Below are positions 1 to 13,180 of a DNA stretch of 49,855 bases, one piece after another. Positions within the stretch are counted from its first letter, which is position 1; every line of letters starts with the position of its first letter. This stretch comes from Moniliella sp. 'wahieum' (taxonomy: Eukaryota). The stretch lies in NCBI GenBank assembly GCA_003971905.1, contig RSEE01000126.1:124001-173855 (forward strand), read 5' to 3'. The position numbers and the translations under genes are program-made. Under the pieces are notes generated by a model that was given only the letters and a program-made list of their open reading frames with translations, was not told the origin of the DNA and ran no database searches.

Positions 1-673
1 TCGCCCGCGCGCACACAACGCATGCACATGCACATAAATCTCCCTTTTACTTTCTTTTTTTTCGCTACTCTTTTTTCAGGTTTTTGCCCAAGTGGGCTCT
101 TTGCCTTGGCTCTTTGTCCCGTATACCTCTCTCTTTCTTTCTCTTTCTCTCCTCGTATGCACCCTATCCACCCGTTCTCTCTCCTTTAAGGGGCTCCTGA
201 TTACCACTCTTTCCTTTCCACCTTGGATTGCCTATCGTTTCGTTGCGTTCGTTGCGTTTCGTTCTTTCTCCTTTTTCTTTTTCTTTTTCTTTTTTCCTTT
301 TTCTTTTTCCTTCTTGTTGGTGCCAGTGCGACCTCCTGTATACCTGCCCTTCTTCGTTCCAGCCGCTCGCACGCTGCGTCGCGCCGCGTCGCGTCCGTTG
401 TTCTTGTAGCCTCGTTCTCGGAGGGGGGTGGTGGTAGTGGTAGTGGCTGTGGTCGGGTGTTGGGATGAGCTTGTTGGTGTGGCGATAGACGAGGCGGCTA
501 GAGAGGTGGTTGCTTCAGCGGTGGATGCGATGCGGATACGGATGCGGATGGGTGTGGGGGTGTGTATCGTAGCAGCGGGCGGGACGAGTCGGGGGTTGGA
601 ACCTCAGCCAGAGGCGCTACGAACCTGCACTGATGTGTGTACGTTACGCTCGACACCGGCTCGCCCCACACCA

Positions 674-1075
674 TCATGCTCTTGGGTCACGGCTCGACGA
701 CCACCTCCATTTTCGTCTCTCTGGTGTGTTCATATACTTCATATACCGTTCTCCATTGAGCGCCAAGAGGCCACCACGAAGTGGCTCACCATGCATCCCT
801 TTTCCTCCAGAAGACTCTAGGCTGGTCGTTAACGCAAGTCGAGATAGGGGCAAGAGTGGGGAGAGCGGGAGGTCGCTCCGAGCCACAGGACAGTAGTCGT
901 ATACGCCATCCACGCTCTCGTCCACGTTGACAGCCGGTGGGGGATACAGTAGTGAGCAGATCCTCTTACTTTCATCCCCATCGTGACCGGGTCCAATGGG
1001 TGCATACAGGTTCAATGCTTCTCGGGCCCAATGGACTTGCGTCCGCGGCACGTCATCTTTGCCATATCCGCCCAA
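674..1075 (-). CDS. Possible fragment of a hypothetical protein
   Basis: Protein-like composition and a downstream Lys/Glu-rich purine tract toward the window start. No recognisable domain. Confidence 0.2.
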   Translation of the reverse strand: MGGYGKDDVPRTQVHWAREALNLYAPIGPGHDGDESKRICSLLYPPPAVNVDESVDGVYDYCPVARSDLPLSPLLPLSRLALTTSLESSGGKGMHGEPLRGGLLALNGERYMKYMNTPERRKWRWSSSRDPRA

Positions 1076-2851
1076 CCGCGGCAGGCTCAGCCTTGGGGCG
1101 TAGGCTTTGTGGCTCCCGTTTGGCCGGATACGTTGTGGCCCGAACGGGTTGGTGGTCCCCTCCCTACTACTGGCACTGCAGTGCGGGTGGTCTGTGGTCC
1201 GCGTTATTTTTTGCTTTTTTGCTTTCTGTTCATTGCTTTGAGCGCAAGCGAACTTTGATCACGCTCCGCTAATACCGTTAAGAGGGCACCACCACCAGGA
1301 TGGGAGGAGAGGAGAGGCGCCGCACCGACAGTATACTCGTCTGTTCGCTCCTCGATTCGTCTGCCCAATCCAGCTTCAAGTGGGTACGATAGGGTAGATT
1401 ATAACGATCTAGTAGTAGTTGGCTTTATTCGTCGGGCTCCATCTCGGAGTCGTAGAGGTCATGGAATTGAACATCTGACGAAAATCTAGTCCCATCTCCG
1501 ATCCTCGTACCATCTACCGTATCGACCAACGAGGCTATCGACAATGGAGCTCAGCAGACTAAGGTAACCGGTAACAGGAGATGGAGATGGGGAAAGGATG
1601 AGGTCCTATTCATCGAGTGGGAAGAAGGCGAGGTATATATGCCTCGGAGAAGATGTGAACCCGCGAACCAAGTCACACGGAGAAAGAAAGGGAGCATGGA
1701 CAAAGTGGGAAAAACAGTCTAGAGAACAATTCAGGGACCAGTCAACCTGGTGACGAGAAGTGTGACCAGGTAGGTCTGATCCCGACATAAATCCTAAAGG
1801 TCTCGACGGTCGATCGTTCTTGTTTCGGCATGGCCGCTGTAAGGGAAACTGGTGGCATGCAGAGTGTACGGCATTGGCAGCCCTCCTCCAGGTTCGGTTC
1901 GCTGGGGCTGCCTTCGTTCGGTCCGATCCGATGCTTTTGCTGGGGGACAAGACAAGACGGAATCATGGAAGCAGGACGTAGGGAGTCTCTTGTCTCTTTT
2001 CTCCTTTCTCTGTTCTCTTCTCTGTTCTCTTCTCTTCTGTTCTCTCGCTTGGGTAGCCTATACTTGTGCTTTCTCGCTACTCCTCCAGGCAGCCGCATGG
2101 ACAATGCACAATCCATGGTGCGAGACGATCGAAGATCGATAGGATTCCTCCAAACGGAAAGGTCTTCCAAACGGCACCAGTATGCCTGCTCTTCTCTGGT
2201 CTGAAAACTGAGTGATGGTCTAACTGATCCTCATTGCTACTGCTTTTTTGACTCTTCTTTTGTTTACCAGTTACTAGTGATACTGATGATCTATTTGCGT
2301 ATACGTTCAACGTTCAACATTCGACGTTAATGCATGTGTGGCATATCGCATCTTCCTCGCCGCTCCATCGACCATGCATCGTTCCATGTTTCCCGGTTGG
2401 CTTCTGCTCCATGTCGCATTCGGAGGACGTTGCGGTCGGGCCGGGGGGCCGGCACGGGCCTTCGAACGGCCTCTCTTCTTCGCCGGCCTAAAGTATTACT
2501 CTTCTGGCAAGCTTTCGTCAGATAACCCTGCGCGTAATCACGATCCCTTGCGCATATCCGCCATCTACCAACACTGTCTGGCCTGAAGCTGGACTGTAGC
2601 TGGACTGGCTCCAAGCCTGCAAGCATCTACTGGGCTCGAAAAGCTTGGCAAAAGCTGGAAGCTTGACACTGGACATTTGACGAATTTGACGAGTGGTTGA
2701 GGCGCGTCCCAGGCATGGCGCTGGCGAGGGGACGTGCAACGTGCAGGCGTCACGTCCGAGTCTCAGGGCCAGAGGGTCTGAGATTCTGAGATTTGAGGAG
2801 CAGGCATGTCTGAGGGGAAGGGCGGCGTCCTGACCGGCTGGGCCGGCTGCG

Positions 2852-2952
2852 ACTGGGTACTGGGTACTGGGTACTGGGTACTGGGTACTGGTACTGGGTA
2901 CTGGGTACTGGTACTGGGTACTGGTACTGGGTACTGGTACTGGGTACTGGGT
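2852..2952. repeat. Tandem (ACTGGGT/ACTGGT)n minisatellite, about 15 units
   Basis: Read directly: actgggtactgggtactgggtactgggta..., mixing 7-nt and 6-nt units. Confidence 0.95.
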
Positions 2953-4700
2953 GCCGGTCGTGCAGTGGGTGGGTACCGCAGTGTACTGAGTTACTGGCTG
3001 GATCGGCTCGGCAAAATCCCAGCCGGCTGGAACACACGGCAACCCGCCGGAACCGACGGACATCGATGGGCGAAGCTATGGATCAGTCTGCCAGATATCA
3101 GGGAGGGCGAGGCTGATACTGATGCTGCGCTATGCATGATGCATGATGCCCTGAGTCCCGAGTACCGAGTACTGATGCCGATGCAACGGACTAATCCGAC
3201 GCCAGCAGCGGCAAGTCGGGAAGCATCCGAAAATGAAGATGAAGATGAAGATGAGGCTGAGCGCGCTGAGGCCGCCGGCAGGGGCTTAGGATTATCGCTT
3301 CCTAGTTACGCCGTCGTGTCCCCGCTTCTCCTGGTCATAGGGGGGGCGAGGGGGGGCGTGGGGAGGCACTGATGGAGAGGCTCAGTTATGACGCGTGAGA
3401 CCCACGCGCTCACGGTGCAGTTCACCGGTCAGATTTCAGATCTCAGATCTCAGAGCGAACTAGGAACTAGTCAGTACTGATCAGTATGTACTTTCCTACT
3501 GAGTACGTACCCAGGACGCAGTGAGTTGCTAGTTACTAGTTGCTAGTTAGTAGTTACTTGCTAGTCAGTAGTAGCTAGTCACTAGTGAGGCCTGAGGCCT
3601 GAGGATTTGATCTGGGCGCGGTGGATCAAATTGATGTGCTCCTGAGCGTTGTCGCAAGGGTGTGTGGCTTGCTGAGTTGTTCGGCCTCAGTTGCCACGTA
3701 CCCAGCGTGCAACCCGGCTGAAAGGGGGACGCGGCGGAAGGCAGTGGCAGAGGCCGGGTGGTAACGGGTGACTTTGGTATCAGTCCGCCACCCTGGGAGA
3801 GGCAGGGCACGCGATGGCACTTTTTTCTCCTGTTTGGTCTGAATGAAAGCGCGACGGGACATGTCCATCCCAGCGCACAGACGCTGCAGGGCTGGCTGCT
3901 TGGCGGGGCAGGCCTCGGGGCAAGGCAGGCGACATCGGTGAGCGCCAGCGCGGGTGGCGGTGGCGCGTCTTTTTGGTGCTGCGCCCCATGCCTCGTTGCC
4001 GCTGACGGGATGGATGATCGATGGCGTCGCACTGGGTTTGTCACGTGGGGTCACGTGCCTGGCCCACCGCCCAAGCCGGCGGGTGCCCCGCCGAGGCTGC
4101 GGGCTGGTGCTGGTGCGCCTGCCGCCGGAACGCCATCCGGGCCTCCGCCGGACAGCGCAGACGCCGCGCAAAGCAAGTAACGGGTTTGGCCAGGTTGGCA
4201 CCTTGTGAGGCGTGCCTGGGACGGTGTGTGCCATGCGCTGCGTCTGCGTCTGCGTCGGTCGCCGCGGCGTCTTTCTCGTGTTGATATGTTGATGTGCCCC
4301 GCATTGCATCGCATCTTTTACAACCGCCTGTGCCTCCGCGAGAGGGGTTGTGCGGCCCATGTGACTCTCCATGCAATGCATATTGAATTGAATGGGCGCC
4401 CACAGACAAGCCGAGCAGGCGGGCCCTGGGGGCGCGGCCGCGCCAGGGCGTTGACAGAGAGGGCAAGACGGGGAAGAAAGCGTGCGGCCGAATCCTGGCC
4501 AGACAGTAAACGGCACTGGGGCCGCCCACCGGGCGCCCCAAGCGAGGCAATGGCAGCAGAGGCCCCAACGTTGGGGTCCAGCCAGCCGACCCTGCCCCCC
4601 CGCGCGCAGCCCATGGCGGCCATGGCGGCGGCGGCGGCGGCGGCAGGGTGATTGGGTGCCTGCGGGCGGGCGGCTGCGAGGCGGACAGAGCGTGTCTGGC

Positions 4701-4740
4701 GATAATCGATAGTCGATAGTCCGATAGAGTTATCGATAAG
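4701..4740 (+). promoter_or_regulatory. Cluster of six GATA cores ~380 bp upstream of the purine permease; candidate AreA/Nit2-type nitrogen-regulation element
   Basis: GATA at 4701, 4708, 4715, 4723 and 4735, and TATC at 4731, within 40 bp. Function is inferred from known GATA-factor control of fungal purine permeases. Confidence 0.5.
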
Positions 4741-5121
4741 CCAGCGCCGGCCGCCGCCCCGACCACCCCCGCCCAGGCGTGGCGCCAGTGTCTGCGCCGC
4801 TGCTGCTGCGTGCTGCCCGCCGCCATCTCCGAACACCGCCCAGCACGACGCGCCCCCGGCCCCCGCACCACACCAGTGTCGCCCCGCCGCCTCGTGTGAT
4901 GTCTTCTCTTCTCTGCGCGCTTCCACTCCAGGATTCAGGCCGCAAGGACGCAACGACGCAAGTACGATGGCCGCCGTGCTTGGATATTAAAGCCGCTCGC
5001 CACGCCTCCTCCCGTCCATCGCCATCGCCACCGCCACCGCCACCGCCATCCCACCCTCCCTTCCTCCCTCAGGCCTCAACCCCCCCCCCCCCCCCCCACC
5101 GCCACCGCCACCCCCTCCACC

Positions 5122-7212
5122 ATGCCGCTTGAAAACGGCGACCGCACGCTCGGCGTCCGCGACGTGCCCCGCGTGCTGCTGGGCAAGGCGCGCTACTCAC
5201 CCGCGATGCCTGGGTCGGCCGCGGCACCGACTGGAGCGGCCTGCTGATGCCGCGCCTCTGGCCATGGGGCGCCAGCCGTGCGCGGCGCAACCGCGATGCT
5301 GCGATGGCCATTGTGGCCAACCGGCACAATGCCGCCCCCGACCGCTTCTCCTCGGCCCGCTCCACCTCGAGCATTAGCAAGGGCATGGACATTGTGCCTG
5401 CGCCCGAGGTGGGGCCGTCGCAGTACGAGGTCAAGCAGCAAGTCCAGGTCGACAATATCGAAGAGACGCGCGAGGCAGAGGAGAAGGAGGAGATGCCGTT
5501 TTATGGCCTGGACGACGAGTTGCCGCTGCTGATTGCTATCATTGCTGGCTTGCAGCACTGTCTCTCCATGTTGGCCGGTATCATCACCCCGCCCATCATC
5601 TTTGCCTCGTCGCTCCAGCTCGATGGCCACAGCCAGGCGTACCTCGTGTCGGCTGCGCTCATCACCTCGGGCATCCTCTCTGCCGTGCAAATGTCGCGCA
5701 TCCCACTGCCGTTCAATCGCCAGCTGGGCACGGGCCTGCTCTCCGTCGTCGGCATCTCCTTCTCCACCCTCAGCACGGCCAGCTCCATCTTTAGCAACAT
5801 GTACAAGGACGGCACCTGTCCCACCTCGGTCGCCGCCGACGGCACAGTCACCAAGTTGGCCTGCCCTGACGCGTACGGCTACTTGCTGGGCACGTCGGCC
5901 GTTGTGGCGCTGATTGAGATCCTCTTGTCCAACATCCCCGCCCGCATCATCCAGCGCATGTTCCCACCCATCACACCGGCTCGGTGGTGTTCCTGATTGG
6001 GCTGAGCCTGATTGGGTCCTCGGCCGCGCCCAACTGGGGCGGCGGATCGAACTGCATGGGCCGGCCTACGGGCGAATACGCCGTTTGCCCACAAGTTGGC
6101 GGCGCACCCACCACCTTGCCCTGGGGCAGCCCGGCCTACCTCGGCCTCGGCGGCTTGGCGTTCCTCTTGATCATCATTACTGAAATCTGGGGGTCGCCCG
6201 TGATGCGCAACGCAAGCATTGTCATTGGTCTTATCTTGCCCCTGGCCGTGGCCGGGCCAACGGGCTTCATCTCGCGCCAATCCATCGACTCGGCTCCGGC
6301 TATCACTTTCCTCTGGACTACCACATTCAAGTTGCGCGTCTATGGCCCGGCTGTGCTACCCATGCTGGCCGTCTACTGTGCCTTGGCCGCCGAGGCCGTC
6401 GGCGACATTACCGCCTCGAGCGAAGCATCGCGCCAACCAGTGTCGGGCGAACTGTTTGACAAACGTGTCCAAGGTGGTATCCTGTCCGATGGCATTGGCG
6501 GCGTACTGTCGGCTCTGTTTACGTGCTGCCCCATGTCGGTGTTTGCTCAGGTACGTTGAATTGCCTTTTCTTTTCTTTTGATGGCGGAGAGCACGTCCCC
6601 GAAGGGGATGGGAAATGGGAGATGGGAATACTGACGCAAAAGGTATCAGAACAATGGTGTGATTGCGATTACGCGGATTGCCAATCGGCGTGCCGGGTAC
6701 TGGTGCTGCTTTTGGCTGATCCTGATGGGCATCCTGGGCAAGTTTAGTGGCGCGTTGTTGGCCATTCCGAATTCGATTTTGGGTGGAGTGACATGTTTCC
6801 TCTTCACGACGGTGGCGGTGAGTGGGTTGAAGATCCTGAGCACCATTCGCTACACGCGCCGGAACCGGTTCATCTTGACGTGTGCGCTGTCGTTTGGGTT
6901 TATCGATATTTTGTCGGGGACTTTTTCAGTTACCTATTTGCGGATGTGCATTCGTCCAACCGCAGCTTGATGGGCTTCCTCAACTCGATCGTCATCATCC
7001 TCTCCACACCGTTCCTCCTCTGCGCCATCGTAGGCATCATCCTCAACATCATTCTCCCCAAGGACGTGGAAGATTACGTGGCCGAATACGAATTGCAAGC
7101 ACCCGCCTACCCAGGCCACAAATTTTACCCGCCTACCCAACCCGACGAAATCGCACCCGTCTCCTCCTTCCCGCCCGACATGGCCCGCTCCCTGGACGAG
7201 AAGATGGCATGA
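5122..7212 (+). CDS. NCS2/NAT family uric acid-xanthine permease (UapA/UapC-like)
   Basis: N-terminal LTRDAWVG...LMP and PFYGLDDELPLLIAIIAGLQH motifs. The NAT signature Q-N-N-G-V-I-A-I-T-R forms after splicing intron 6551-6649 (GTACGT...CTGAC...CAG). Many hydrophobic segments. Apparent frameshifts near 5190, 5975 and 6915. Stop at 7210-7212. Confidence 0.92.
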
Positions 7213-9316
7213 TGCCCGGGCTCTTCGACTCGGCTTGTGTCGACTCGGCTCCGCTCGGCTCGGCTTGGGATGCCAGCTGAGTTGGGTGTTCAGTTGGCTG
7301 GTTGGCGAGCTTCCTAATTTGCTTCCCCCCCACCTCTCCTTCCCTCCTGTCCCCGTCTGTCGCGGCAATTGCGATCCGACTCGTTCGCGACGCGCACGGG
7401 CGCACCACAGTGTAAATTATTAATGGTTACGTTCTTCTGCACGCTCCGCTCAACGCTCCACGTTTGTGATCAGGAAGGTGAGCAACTTGACCAGGCAGTA
7501 CTTCCAAGGTAGGTGCATGAATCGGATCCGCATTGGAGTGGATGGATGGAGGGGATGGTCGATGGATGGCGGCGACGATGGATGGATGGATTGATTGATG
7601 GATGGATGGATGCGTTCGTTACACGGCCGTCACATTCCCAGTTCCATCCGATCGTTCTATCATCCCGACCTGAACGTCGTGAACATGTGAAGTGTTTGAC
7701 GCTAGCCACAGTGACTAGTTGGTAAATGCTAACTATGGGGCCCGGTCTGACAATGACTACTCACCGGTGACTAGTGTGGCCAGTGAGCTAGTGAGGCTCC
7801 CGCAGGCCTGAGGCCGCGACGTGATGGATGATCCGCCGGTGGATAACAATGGTGCATGATATGATTGATGATCCTGTTTGGCCGGCGTTGTCCCGCGTGT
7901 GGGGCTAATCGACGCGCTAATTGCCATCGATAAGCAATCGATCGAATCTTCTCCCATCCACCATCCCCACCTGTCGCCGCCATCGCATCAGGCCTCACAT
8001 GCATCACAGGATGGATTGGATGGTGAGTGGTGTTCCGAGTCGAGAGACGCCAGTGAAGTTAGTGCAAAGCTATTGTTGCTTGAAGCTTCTCAACTTGAAG
8101 TTCAAGACGTTCAAGCAAGCCTCAGCCTGAGGCGCGAAAAGATAACCGGGATAATCGATAACCGGCCGAACCGTTATCGAAAGAGGGCGGATGGAGCCTG
8201 GCGGTTCCGAGATCCGAGCTGTGTACGCGCGCAAAGGTGGCTTTTCACCTTCTCGACCGACCCAGACCATCCCTCGAGATCACACAAGTCACGTGCGCCC
8301 TGCTTCAAGCTCCTCTCGCCGCAGCGCCACAGTCATAATGCCCGGGCGATTGTAGAGGGAGCGAGGCGCGAGGACGAGGAGCGAGGCGCGAGCCCTCCAG
8401 AGCGAGGTGGAGTCGGCCTGGGAGCGCACCGAGTATACTCAGTACGCACAGGCCCCCCACCCGGCCGGCAGAGGGGGAGTGTGCTTGCTTGCGCCACTTG
8501 CCTTGTTACACACACTCGCCCCGCGCGTCTCCCTTTGCTCTCCCAGCTGGGCAGCCATCGTGAAGCTTGAAGCTTGAATAAGCTTGAAGCTTTTGAGCTC
8601 TGAGACTGCAACACCAGCCGTGCTCTCCCTGCTCGGCCGTGCGCCCTCGGCCCTCGCTGCCCTGGCGGAGGAGAATCGTTCCTGGACGTGTGAGATCTGG
8701 CGGCGGCGGCCGTGGCAAGACATAGGCAGCACGCGCGAGTCTGCCATCCGTACTTGATCTCTGCCAGGTGTCTGCAGCCATCGCTCGCGGCCCCTGGTGG
8801 GGACGATGACCTTGGTGGGCGGCCGAAGGGCTTGGAAAGGGCAAGAGGCTCAATGGGATCGGCGGAGGGTGCCAACTAACAGCAGTAAGTATACCCGCGA
8901 TGCATGGCGCAACCCATCCCCTCGCCACACACCCACACATCGTGGGCAAGCCATGCTCTGCTTCACCATCCCATCACTTGTCACGCCACAGCAATCGTAG
9001 CAATTCCTCCGCCCTGTCTTGCTCCACACTTGGGCTCACCGGTCACCGGCCACCCCTGCCGTCTCGCTCCCTCCACACGGCGGTTTGTCCGTCGTCCGTA
9101 TATATTTCCCATCCCACCTCACCTTCTCTAGTTGTCCTTTCTCCATCGCCCCCATCAGCATCACCCCCCCTCTCTACACACACCCTCTTTTGCGTCCGCC
9201 CGTCTCCCATCACTCTCCTTTTCCCCGCGCTGCGCTCGCGCTAGCATCTTCCAATCGTTTTTACTCCCCCACACACAACCCCTCGCACCCGCCCCCCTTC
9301 TCTTCGGTTCTCGACC

Positions 9317-10666
9317 ATGCAGATCCTCGCCTTGGCCCTCGGCCTGACTGCTCTTGTCGGCGCAACAAACGCCACGCCGTCGCACCGGCACCAACGCATG
9401 GTCCATGCTCGTGCCGCCGCCTCCGCCAGTCAGTCCGCCACCAAGCCCAAGTTCACCTACAAACCCCCCACCAACACTTACCCCGGCGTCGTTGCCTCGG
9501 GCAAGATGGGTCCGACCAACCCCGACAAGCCGACGCTCAACACGCCTGTCAACCAGACATCCCAAGCGCGTCTTGCCTCGCTCAATTCCATTGACGATTG
9601 GTGCACGTTTGGGCCGGAACCTCTCAACAATACCGATACGCTCGGTGACCTCGAAGCCACCACGGTCGCCTATTGCACCAAGCCACGCAACAATGCGCGC
9701 GTGATCGTACGTTCTGGTCTGCCCTTCTCTGTTGGATTGCGTCGAGAGTTTATGTGGCAGTGGCTGACCCATCTATCCGTCTTTCTTGTCTTGTTAGCCC
9801 GACGGATCGATCAAGACAGCGTCGTTCATCCGTACCCCGCTGTACATCGAGCTGCACGCCACGGGCGACTTTACCTCGCTCAATTTCGCCCCGGGCGACT
9901 CGGGCGGCGAGCTGGACCCGCACGGCGCAACCGAAAAGGGCAACCCGGTCGGGGGCAACGTAACGTCGAATGTTGTGGATGGCAAGACGGATGTGTCGTA
10001 CCAAGAGTGGATGAACTACGTGTCAGCGAGCGAACTTTGTTTCCGTGTGTGCATTGCTGGCTCGGACGACGCGACGCCGTCAGAGATTTGTCAGCACACA
10101 CTGGACGAAGTGGGTTGTTCCTGGATCATGCCCCAAGCGCCGTCCAAGACGGCATTTGAAACGTGCGACGCCGACGCTGCGTACCCGCCGGGCTTGTATC
10201 CTCAACCCAACGGCTCCACCTCCACGTTCCAGCAGTACTTTACCGGCCAGTACACCGTCAATGGCCAAACCAAGGGCTTCACCAATGGCGCATCGACAGA
10301 AACCACCCCAACCGCCGCGTACTCGGTCCCTTCCTCTAGCAACTGCAAGCCCCAGCCATCGCCCAGCAACGGAATCGCCTTCTCAAAAAGGGCGGCGGAT
10401 CGGCCTCGGCACCGTCGTCCTCGGCAGCGCCTTCCTCAGCACCGCCCTCCTCGACCGCCGCACCCACCTCGACTGCTGCGCCTGGTAGCGCCGGATCGGG
10501 ATCGGGATCGGGTCAGGCACCCCAGAAACAAGCCGGGTCCCAACCTGGGCCTGTTGCCCCGGCGCAACAGGCCGTGGCGAAGGCTAGTTCGGCCACGCTC
10601 CCTTTCTCCCTCCCGCTTGGGTGGCTGCTTGTTACTGGTTTCGTTGCCGGAGCGATGCTGGCGTAA
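9317..10666 (+). CDS. Secreted, probably GPI-anchored mannoprotein of the Cryptococcus MP88 / macrophage-activating glycoprotein family
   Basis: Signal peptide MQILALALGLTALVGA. Motifs YCTKPRNNARVI|PDG, GGELDPHGA, GNPVGGNV, YQEWMNY, CQHTLDEVGCSW and STSTFQQ. Intron 9707-9797. After a frameshift near 10390 comes a Ser/Ala/Pro-rich tail and the hydrophobic end LPLGWLLVTGFVAGAMLA* (TAA 10664-10666). Confidence 0.85.
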
Positions 10667-11322
10667 ACCTAGTCAGCGCATGGACCGTCAATATAACCGC
10701 GTCAACCTCCACACCCCCCCCGTGTCAGGGAAACCGTGCATCTGTTCCATTTCTTGCTTGTGCTCGCGATTGGTGTCAGAAGTCTTGCTGCTTGCCTGGT
10801 TACGCCCCCCTTCCCGCCTCCCTTGCCTGCCCTCCCCCGGGCGTTCCCGCTTGCTGTGTTTGTACGACGCTATACCTTTTCTCCTCTGAACTTGAACGCT
10901 ATACCTTTTCTCGGAACGCTCCCATTTGCTGTGGGTGTTGTTTTTTTTCTTCTCTTTTCGTCCATCGCTTCTCTTGTCGTCCGAGTCTCGGTGGCGACTA
11001 GCCATGCCCATGGAGGCATGCTCGATAGGGTGTAGGACCAGGAGAAATCACTGTTTCGTATAGCAGTAGGGCAGCGCACTTCACAGTTGGGTTTGCACAG
11101 CCGAATCCAGCCGCTCTCGCTGCTTGTGCGGTGGGCAGTAGGGTTGGGCAACCCTAGCGCGCAGCTGCCGTCGGGCGCGGGGGCACTCCTCCGCCGTGTG
11201 GGCGCTGGGACGCGTGGCTGACGAGTGGCCGCGCCAGCGCTCGGCCGCACGCTGGACGCGTCGCGCACCGCCCCCACCTTCTCTGCTCCTCCTCCCCCTC
11301 TGGGCTGCTCTGCGCGCCGGCC

Positions 11323-13180
11323 ATGCCGACCCCGCGCCGCTCCACCCGCGCACGCACCACCGCCGCCTCGCCTGCGCACAGCACACGCCTCGGCTCCTCC
11401 CCGCCGCCGCTTCGCACCTCGTCGCGCAAGTCGGCACGGCGAGCGGTGCGCGCACCCACCTCGCCCCCCTCGCAGCGCACCTCCGCCTCGCCCCCCCCCG
11501 CCCCGGCTGCGTCCGACACCGAGTCGGTCCAAAGCGCCGAATACGCTTCCCCCCCCCCCGCCAGTCGCAAGCGCCGTGCGCTGCCCCGGTCCGCAGCACG
11601 CGGCAAGCGCCGTGCCACCGAGCTGGCCACCCCCGTTGCGGCCGGTACGCACGCGGCAGAGCCGCCGGAGACGGCGGACGATACCGAGGTGCTCGAAGGT
11701 GCGGAGGACGCCGATGCAGATGCAGATGCAGATGGTGCAGAGGGGCCCGAGGCCGAGGTGCCTGAACATGCGGAAGAGGAGACCAAGTCGCCGCTCGCGC
11801 TGGATCCGGCGGGCGAAACCAAAGTGACTGCGTATGGCGTGTTGCGTGGCGGGCGGCAACTGCGTTGTGCGGCACTGACGTTCCCTGAGCGTGGTGTGCA
11901 CGAGTTTGTCTTGACCCGCGATGCGGCGCGCACGCTCGAGTACCGCGACTCGAATTACTTTGCCAAACTTAACAAGCCCCTTCGCCTGGTCCAGCTCCAC
12001 CCCGAAGAGAGGGAACGATTGGTGCAGCTCGAATTGATCAAACCTCATCTCAGGAATCGACCGATCACCGTGGTGTATGCCCGGGATCTCTTCCAACGGT
12101 TTGGTGCGCGCATCGTGGTGGGTACGTACCTTGGCTGGGGTTCCTTTTCTTTCTTTCTTTTGCGCCCGCGCTTGCGCTGCCGCTTGCTGGGGACAATGCC
12201 GGACTCACACTGACCCCCCCCCCAATCTGCATCCAGAGGGGAAACAGGTGGTGGACGATTACTACGAACAGCAAGCGATCGAGGACGGGGCGGTACGCGG
12301 CCAGCTGGCTGTCCCTATGACGCGCGAACGGATGCGGGACGAGTACCGGACGCGTGTGCGGGTGGCCAAGGCACAAGCGCGTCTGCGTCTGGCTGAGGAA
12401 ACCGAGGAAGCACCTACACCTACCATGGACGAGTCGGGATCGGAGCAAGGCGAGACCGGCACGGGCAAAGCGCATGCCGATCCCTTACGCGAACTGTACG
12501 AGAAACGCGAACGGGACCGAGAACGTGAAAAGCAACGGCGCCGACTCGGTTCCAGTTCCTACACCACCTCACTCCGTCGGGGGAAGCTGTCACGACCACC
12601 TTTGGCGATGCTGGTGCCGATCCTTGGACCCGCCTCGGCCCGGGCTCAGGGAAAAATATGGGCCGCAAAGCGGTGCTTCATCGCGACGGCCTGGATGAGC
12701 GCAATTGGGTCTTGCGCCTCGCTTTGGCTGCCTCAGCTTCGGCTCGGTCCCATGCTCTGGCACGCGAACGCCATCGTGTTCGTCTCCCCGTGCCGCTGCT
12801 GCAAGAAGGGAGGGGGGAGACGGACGTACCCCTGTTGCTGACGTCGGCCGAGCAGAAGGACAAGGAGACTGCCAAGGAAAAAGAGAATGAAAAAGAGAGC
12901 AGGGGCAGGAGCAGGACAAGAAGGGTGAGGAACAAGGGGAAGAGGACCACTCGTTCTCTTCTTCTGCGTCGGATGGATCCGATGCCGAGGACGTTCCAAC
13001 GGGAGTGTACGAGCCCGGGACGAATCGGGTGCACGTACCGGCCTATACACAAGCTACGTGGGCGCAGTGGACCGAGTGTCGCCCACTCCGCGCGTACCGG
13101 GACTGGAACCAGAGGGGACCAAACGTCTGCCTTCCTTGGCCGACTTGCCCCCGCTTGCCTCGCGCTCATGGGGGGTGATG
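11323..13180 (+). CDS. RSC7: Chromatin-remodelling complex subunit, Rsc7/Npl6/Swp82 family
   Basis: DPAGETKV...G.LRGGR, RDAARTLEYRDSNYF and ARDLFQRFGARIVV. Intron 12122-12236, then EGKQVVDDYYE, and later GVYEPGTNRVHVP. The C-terminal half is frameshifted, so the end is approximate. Confidence 0.82.

Noticed and set aside
3565..5130. Long overlapping Arg/Pro/Ala-rich ORFs on both strands (also 14454-15157, 16300-17400 and 20478-22919 in off-frames)
   Set aside because: Expected in very GC-rich DNA with few stop codons. They are shadow frames of real genes or promoter sequence.
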